From Gammaproteobacteria bacterium (GTDB taxonomy: Bacteria; Pseudomonadota; Gammaproteobacteria; Arenicellales; JAJDZL01), in the NCBI GenBank assembly GCA_022823405.1, contig JAJDXD010000024.1, positions 308-64,307 on the forward strand: a stretch of DNA of 64,000 nt. The letters are read 5' to 3'. Below the pieces are notes generated by a model. That model did no database searches, had not been told where the DNA came from, and was given only the letters and a program-made list of their open reading frames with translations. Made by a program: the position numbers and the translations under genes. Shown piece by piece: positions 58,832-64,000 of the stretch (the first letter of the stretch is position 1; each line of letters starts with the position of its first letter).

Positions 58832-58854
58832 ATCCCTCTCCGTAATCGAAATCC
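58820..58854. repeat. Tandem 16-nt direct repeat with a 19-nt period (TCCGTAATCCAAATCC / TCCGTAATCGAAATCC), covering the start codon and SD of sigma paralogue B
   Basis: Read directly: copy 1 at 58820-58835 and copy 2 at 58839-58854, with one mismatch. On the mRNA strand this gives several GGA motifs within about 45 nt. Confidence 0.8.
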
Positions 58855-59632
58855 TTTCCGAAAATACAATTGGAGATTCCCTTCTCTAACAGAAATGATG
58901 AAGACAAACTGTTTCATCACAGCGATCCAATCGCTCCGATTAAACTGGGTGGGCGACTACCAGTTCCGGCAATCGCTTCCGCTCATCTATCTCTCAGAAC
59001 TTACCAACTATCGTTTTCTCCTGGAAAACGAATTTCAATTATAGCCACGCTTTAATTGGTGGAATTTTTTAATTTCGTGAGTAATTTATGGTTGTTTCTT
59101 GAATCTAATTCCTGATTTTTCAGCCGAATTTCCGGGTGTAAATTGTGTGCTGCTGTAGCAAAGTGGAAAGGTAAATTTGTCGGACAGTACCGCTTACTTT
59201 TAACGCTGACTACCTTTCGTGCGAGTTCCTGCAGGGTCAAATGCAGGTCCATACCTGACCTTTCCAGAAAAAAGAACACCTGCAACATTCACTTCTACCG
59301 AAGCTCCGTCTGGCAATTCAATTGCTCAATTTAAAATTGGAGGTTGATATACGTGACTTATCCAATAAACGAATATTCGATGATTCACAAAGAACGGAAT
59401 TCAATTTCCACTTCGTTTTTGTGCAGGAGGTTTCTTTATTTTTTGGATTGGCGGGGTAGTAAGCACTTGATATGCAATATGCCTGGCACGTTGGTGGATT
59501 TCCTCGGAAGCGATGTTTGGGTGCTGTGTTTGCTTTCTTTTCATTTCACCATCCATCCGATTCCAGACCTCAAGTTCGGCTGATAGCCCCAACTGACCAC
59601 TTCAACTTCACTTGGCTCTGGTTGTTCTCTGA

Positions 59633-60712
59633 TCATGGCCTGTCGCCCCCGCTAATGTTTGACAGCAGATCGTGCCATGCGCGACGGTGTTCATGGTCTG
59701 CTCTACTGTCCAGTTCGGCCCCGATCTCGCGCAACAGCCTCGGCCGCCAATCTTCCGACAGCAACGAGAACGTAGCGTATGTTAAATCAACAACGCCAAT
59801 CTGACTAATGTTCAGGCCCGATGCCCAGGCTGTTTCCATTGTCTCGCAGATTGCCTCGCGCTGGTCGTCGCGAATACTGGGCGACGCAAACAGCAAGTTG
59901 CTCAACGGGTCACTTGACGCTCGGGCCTTTTGCGTCGAACTACGAACGTCAGCCAAGGTCAGGTTGCGATCTTTAACCTCAATGGCCAAAATGATGTTGC
60001 CGTCTTCGTCCTTGCACATCACATCACCGGGTGCTCCTGAAGATGAGTCGGCTTCGTTCAGTCCTTGCGATGAGACATTCGCGAAAAGCGAAAAGCCCCG
60101 CCCCAAGATGGTCATTAGTGCAGCGGTTACGACTAGAGGCCGCAAACCGCCGCTCGCATCGGAAAGAAACGCTTCCAGAACGCGAATCATTTGTGGCAGG
60201 CTGACCCGGATTGGAATTTGATAGACGAATGACTGAGCCGCCAAACGACGAGCGGCACTCTCCAGGCAACGAATGAACGCGGACTTGAGTTTGATTCGGC
60301 CAGAACTATCAAGAGGTGCGAGAAATGATACAAGAACGTCCCACTCCTGCTTGTAACGCAGTTGATGTGTTCCTTCGTCCAGTCTCCGTCGCCGCAACGG
60401 GTTGTTGACGTAGGGGTCTGGACTTTTACCCAGAATGTCGTGATTGTCCGCGACCCAAGGAACAATCACCGCCGAGCAGAAACTTCTTGCGTCCCAATCC
60501 CCAGGGAATTGCCCTGTCCCGAGTTGAAGACTCAAGAGACTTCTTTGTTCGTTGGCAATTTTGCCGAGCATTTACGTGAATAACGCATAGCGGATCGAAA
60601 CCAGTCTGGAGTTCACCAATCGGTCAATTTCTTTGTCAGGACTGCCGGTCCCCGTATCCAACACTCTGGCCCAAGCATTATCCAGCCATTTTCGGGCTTC
60701 AGCGTTGTTCAT
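59633..60712 (-). pseudogene. Type II restriction endonuclease candidate (PD-(D/E)xK-like) interrupted by an in-frame TAA; a 312-aa downstream ORF remains open
   Basis: ORF 59633-60571 carries GDVMCKDEDGNIILAIEVKD (D...ExK). Hand translation upstream in the same frame gives a 46-codon ORF (ATG 60710-60712, MNNAEARKWLDNAWARVLDTGTGSPDKEIDRLVNSRLVSIRYALFT), then TAA (60572-60574), then the ATG of the 312-aa ORF. The upstream ATG lies 3 nt after the methyltransferase stop. Confidence 0.6.
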
Positions 60713-60715
60713 CTG

Positions 60716-61585
60716 CTAGAAGTTCATCCAGGCCGATTCCTGACGCGGCGTCCTTACGGAATGGCAATTGCGCTTTTCGGCATCTAAACGTCGCCAGGTC
60801 CTGTAAAGGCAATCATAGAGATCGGTTCGATATCCCGATAGCACCACGCGGCCCCGAACGTTGTTCAAAATCTTAGAAAGGCTCTCGTGGTCAGCATCGG
60901 TCATTTCATATTCGTAAGCCGAAGAGTCGCCCCGTGCAGAATGCACATAGGGCGGGTCCACATAGAATACTGTGTCTACTGTGTCGTATCGCTGGATTAC
61001 TTCCACCGCGGGCGCGTTCTCTATCTGCACCCGTTGAAGTCGTTGTACGATCTCCGAAAGTCCCTCTACAGATCCAAGCCATCGGGAGACGGACCCAGAC
61101 ATGCCGGCACGCGATGTAAGGACGCAATGCGCCCATCGACCTTCGCTGCTGGTTTGTGCCAGCCCGGTTCGTGTTTGTCTTGCTCTAATGTAGAACCGGC
61201 GCGCACGCTCCAGCTTCGATAACCCTCTTTCAGGAGCGCATGCGCGTACTAACTCCTCACGGGAAAACGGGGTCAGGCTTATGGCCTTGATGAGTTTCGG
61301 CCCTTGATTGCGAAGTGCCTCGAAGAAATTCACAAGCTCCGAGTCAAGGTCGTTGTAGGTCTCGACCATGTAAGGCTCTAAGTTCAGGAGTACCGCTGCA
61401 GATCCACCAAACACGTCGCAGAAATGAGTCGCGTCTTTCGGGATAAGTGGTAGCAGGAAATTTAAGTGAGAGTACTTCCCGCCATACCAACCAAAGGCGA
61501 TCATTTTTCTGGAGCGGCGTTTGGCAATGCGGCGGCCCGTCCCTGTCGAATTGACCGGCGGGGTGATTGCAGTGTCCGTCGTCAT
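60716..61585 (-). CDS. Dam-class (D12, alpha-group) N6-adenine DNA methyltransferase
   Basis: 289 aa. GWYGGKYSHL, motif I FGGSAAV, motif IV DPPY. Confidence 0.88.
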   Translation of the reverse strand: MTTDTAITPPVNSTGTGRRIAKRRSRKMIAFGWYGGKYSHLNFLLPLIPKDATHFCDVFGGSAAVLLNLEPYMVETYNDLDSELVNFFEALRNQGPKLIKAISLTPFSREELVRACAPERGLSKLERARRFYIRARQTRTGLAQTSSEGRWAHCVLTSRAGMSGSVSRWLGSVEGLSEIVQRLQRVQIENAPAVEVIQRYDTVDTVFYVDPPYVHSARGDSSAYEYEMTDADHESLSKILNNVRGRVVLSGYRTDLYDCLYRTWRRLDAEKRNCHSVRTPRQESAWMNF

Positions 61586-62181
61586 AACCGTACTCCATTC
61601 GGCAAGCCATTGTCCGCGACCAAGTCATTGTTGCGCAACCGCTCGCTGACTTGGTCTCGTTCGGCGTGCAGGTTTAATTCAACATGAGTGTTTTTCTCCA
61701 ATCCGCTTTTGCAAGTCTCGTCAACGTTAACGGCTCCGAAAATCTGCCCGTTGCCGCTGCTCATCACATAACGAATCTTGTGTAGCATGTGCCAGGCGGA
61801 TTTCTGAGTGATGCCCAAGTCGCGATGCAGTTTCATTGACGATACGTCCTTCAAACTGGCCGCAATCAGGTAAATTGCTATTGCCCATTTGCGCAATGGA
61901 ATATGTGACCGTTCGAGGATTGTTCCATAGCGTACTGAAAAATGCCTTCGACAGTCCCGGCACTTATGCGGCAAAGGCTTGCCATTGTTGACTTCGTAAG
62001 TGTTCGTGCCATTGCATCGATGGCAAACTGCCAAGCCGTCCAACCACAGAATCGATTCAAACCACCTCCGGGCTGTTATCTCGTCCGGAAACAATTCGTA
62101 CAGCCCGGTGAGTGTGATGCCTTCCTGACACGACTTGCCGGGGGCTTGCCGATACAATTTCGTCATAATTTGCCTGCTCAT
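61582..62181 (-). mobile_element. Truncated IS1595-family (ISXO2-like) transposase: zinc-ribbon/HTH N-terminal part only, DDE domain missing
   Basis: 199 aa. ARRWFESILWLDGLAVCHRCNGTNTYEV...HKCRDCRRHFSVRYGTILERSHIPLRKWAIAIYL and the beginning of the DDE domain (VNVDETCKSGLEKNTH), which then degenerates and ends inside the methyltransferase start (4-nt overlap). No inverted repeats recognised. Confidence 0.7.
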
Positions 62182-62210
62182 TCAACTCGCGATACACGAT
62201 CAATTGTAAA

Positions 62211-62420
62211 TCATTCCGATGGGTTAGCTAAATATATAAATTCTAGAAATGAAATTGTAACAGGTGAATTGATTCTGCAACCGAATGTGGCTGACGCTGT
62301 TTTACCGATGGGTTTACCTTGGCAAATTACAGGTTCATCACCAATTGGAATCGCAGCATAACTATCGAGATTGACTACCAAACCCGGTGCGCTCAGTCCA
62401 AACTGATCTGAACCTGGGAA
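62211..62420 (-). pseudogene. Possible remnant of the C-terminal barrel of a GcvT/aminomethyltransferase-family gene (no start codon)
   Basis: Hand translation: FPGSDQFGLSAPGLVVNLDSYAAIPIGDEPVICQGKPIGKTASATFGCRINSPVTISFL...*. The pattern ...IGDEPV..GK.IG..TSa.fg......I.. resembles GcvT_C. It is bounded upstream by a stop. Confidence 0.3.
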
Positions 62421-62489
62421 TCAGTTTTGTTCTTTTTGGCACCTGAGGTCAATTGCCAACCATTGATCGCAAACTGTCCTTCAGGAATT

Positions 62490-63251
62490 CTAAAGTGCAG
62501 AAAGCTGATTGTCGGGATGGCTGTGAGTGCCGCGGACTTGAAAGATCTGCCGCTCAGAGACATCACCAACTTGCAGTTCTTCGGTCTTCCTGCGCGCCAA
62601 ATCCCGATCGAAGTGCGATGAAGCCGGCATATAGCGGAAAGTAAGACTGGCACGGCGTTTTGATGAGCGATTTGGTTCTGCGCCGTGAACCATGTATGCA
62701 TCGTGGAAGGAAAACATGCCGCGCTCAAGCACAACATCCTTTGGCACCATTTGTTTCTGGACTTCTGAATCCAATTCCTGATTGAGTACGATTCGATCGC
62801 TGTTATTGATGGAATGACTGAAAATTTCGCGCGTTTTGTGACTGCCAGGAACCACTCGCAGACAACCGTTTTCCTGTGTTGATGGATCAACAGCAATCCA
62901 GACGGTGGTGGTTTCAAGTGGTCTGATCGGCCAATACTGTGCATCCTGATGCCAGGGCGTGGCTTTCCCGTTACTCGGGCTCTTACAAAATAGTGCTGAA
63001 CTCCAGACGATTATGTCAGGGCCGATCAACTGTTCCACAATATCCAGTATTTCCGGCAGCATTGCAAATTCAAGCCAGGACCGATCCATTTCGATGAGCG
63101 CGGGAAGATAGTCGGGAGTTAGGTCAGGCCTGGTTTCGAACAGCGCTTCCATCTTGGTCTGAATCGCACCAATCACTTCTTCGTTGAGCTTAATTGGCGC
63201 TGTAACTTGTCCGTTCTCAATATAGCTGTCAACTTGCTCTTCGGTCAGCAT
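62490..63251 (-). CDS. Phytanoyl-CoA dioxygenase (PhyH) family Fe(II)/2-oxoglutarate oxygenase
   Basis: 253 aa. Facial triad PWHQDAQYW (HxD) and a distal His in MVHGAEPNRS. RASLTFRY is typical of the 2OG-binding Arg region. Confidence 0.85.
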   Translation of the reverse strand: MLTEEQVDSYIENGQVTAPIKLNEEVIGAIQTKMEALFETRPDLTPDYLPALIEMDRSWLEFAMLPEILDIVEQLIGPDIIVWSSALFCKSPSNGKATPWHQDAQYWPIRPLETTTVWIAVDPSTQENGCLRVVPGSHKTREIFSHSINNSDRIVLNQELDSEVQKQMVPKDVVLERGMFSFHDAYMVHGAEPNRSSKRRASLTFRYMPASSHFDRDLARRKTEELQVGDVSERQIFQVRGTHSHPDNQLSAL

Positions 63252-63389
63252 ATGGTTCTCGTTTTCGGATCAATTTTCATTGGACTTGGCTATTGACTAG
63301 ATTAATGCATCAATAGTAGATGTCTTGCCGCTGTAATTAGCACTGATAAATATAGTATTTCGTTCTGCGATATCGACGCGGCATGTATT

Positions 63390-63751
63390 TTAGCTTCCAG
63401 AAATTTTGTACCTCAACAAAGGCAATGTATATCCAATGTTCTCTTGAACGCGGTAGTGCGACCAGCTCAGGTCAGGGTGAAAGCCAGTCGCGGATTCAAC
63501 GCCTGCTGGGTGCTGTTTTGAAGGCGATTCCCTGTCCAATTGGTGAGAATTTTCACCATTGCCTTTTTCTCTAAACAATTTGTAGTGTATTGCAGATTTA
63601 GTGAAATTAGCACCCAGTGTTGAATTGATAATCTGTGTACAAAAGTCAGATAGAACTTCCTGCATTCTTGGAACGTAGTTGCGGAGAACACTTCGCCGAA
63701 CCGTTTGTTGAGCTGTAGCGAGAGTTCCTCAAGTTTTAGTTGCATAAGCAC
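63390..63751 (-). pseudogene. Frameshifted and truncated remnant of a DUF1016/YhcG-type PD-(D/E)xK nuclease gene (N-terminal third only)
   Basis: Two overlapping track ORFs in different frames. One carries LSLQLNKRFGEVFSATTFQECRKFYLTF and the other carries LSWSHYRV. These are consecutive conserved blocks of YhcG-like proteins. The nuclease core is absent. Confidence 0.5.
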
Positions 63752-63933
63752 CTACTTGCCTTGCTTTTCCGACTTTTCCACTTTGGCTGATGTGACCCCT
63801 TCGCTAATTTCGTTCAAACCGTACTTCCGGCGGCGTTTAACGACTGTTTCTGATCAACAACGGAAATGATCACAAATTATAATTTAGACTAGTTGTATAA
63901 TCTGGTCTGAATTGCTCTCAATTGAGGATAACT

Positions 63934-64000
63934 ATGAATACAATCGGGGCATTTGAAGCCAAGACACATTTACCGCGCTTGCTTGATCGCGTGGAGCACG
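63934..64000 (+). CDS. Phd/YefM-type type II antitoxin, N-terminal 22 codons (continues beyond the window)
   Basis: Hand translation MNTIGAFEAKTHLPRLLDRVEH is a typical antitoxin N-terminus. GAGGA lies 5 nt upstream and TATAAT about 33 nt upstream. Confidence 0.6.
   Translation, partial: MNTIGAFEAKTHLPRLLDRVEH

Noticed and set aside
59052-59592. Small ORFs 59052-59288 (-), 59143-59334 (+), 59344-59583 (+) and 59401-59592 (-).
   Set aside because: They have no SD, they overlap each other, and their translations are low-complexity or odd. Only a vague HTH-like string (LTLQELARKV) appears. They are not supportable as genes and are mentioned only as possible fossil sequence.
59633-60712. Assigning the nuclease to a named restriction enzyme family (for example SacI-like) and predicting a GATC specificity for the methyltransferase.
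   Set aside because: I cannot verify family membership or specificity without REBASE or profile searches. Only the generic D...ExK and Dam-class motifs are visible.
62393-62944. 183-aa minus-strand ORF overlapping the PhyH gene.
   Set aside because: It is an alternative frame of the PhyH-family gene, which has clear HxD...H motifs. It has no recognisable domain.
63752-63850. Startless minus-strand frame ending ...ETVVKRRRKYGLNEISEGVTSAKVEKSEKQGK*.
   Set aside because: It is only about 33 codons and is bounded by a stop upstream. I cannot assign it to a family. It is probably another gene fossil, but the evidence is too weak to annotate.
1-64000. Search for CRISPR arrays, tRNA, rRNA, tmRNA and riboswitch-like leaders.
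   Set aside because: I saw no regularly spaced direct repeats, no cloverleaf-compatible sequences in the intergenic regions, and no recognisable riboswitch cores upstream of purB, the metX-like gene or the transporter genes. Absence judged by eye is not proof; an Infernal/tRNAscan run would settle it.

Overview
This is a 64-kb chromosomal segment with gammaproteobacterial gene order (nnr-tsaE-amiB-mutL-miaA ... hfq ... hflX-hflK). It is probably from a marine heterotroph, judging by the density of solute importers. I count about 60 protein genes and saw no rRNA, tRNA or CRISPR array. Housekeeping content: hflK/hflX/hfq/miaA/mutL/amiB/tsaE/nnr, an aa3-type cytochrome c oxidase cluster (coxB-coxA-cox11-coxC-SURF1-ctaB), purB, pyrD, argC, ptrB and a pseudouridine synthase. 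Transport content: one TRAP system and three ABC importers (polyamine-type, betaine-type with a fused double permease, polar amino-acid type). Points worth a second look: (1) two full-length, mutually divergent RpoD-like sigma-70 genes in tandem, with no dnaG upstream and a 19-nt-period GGA-rich repeat over the start of one; (2) a decayed, GC-richer accessory patch at 59.6-64 kb holding a Dam-class methyltransferase, a PD-(D/E)xK nuclease gene interrupted by an in-frame TAA, a truncated IS1595 transposase, gene remnants and an antitoxin start; (3) a DegP/DegS-like S1C-PDZ protein in which all three catalytic-triad residues appear substituted; (4) an endonuclease III-like HhH-GPD protein with an altered Cys cluster inside the cox cluster; (5) the normally contiguous miaA-hfq-hflX unit split by two metabolic cassettes; (6) a class II Fic gene next to an IS3 remnant. 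All functional calls come from reading motifs in the supplied translations or my own hand translations. No database search was possible.
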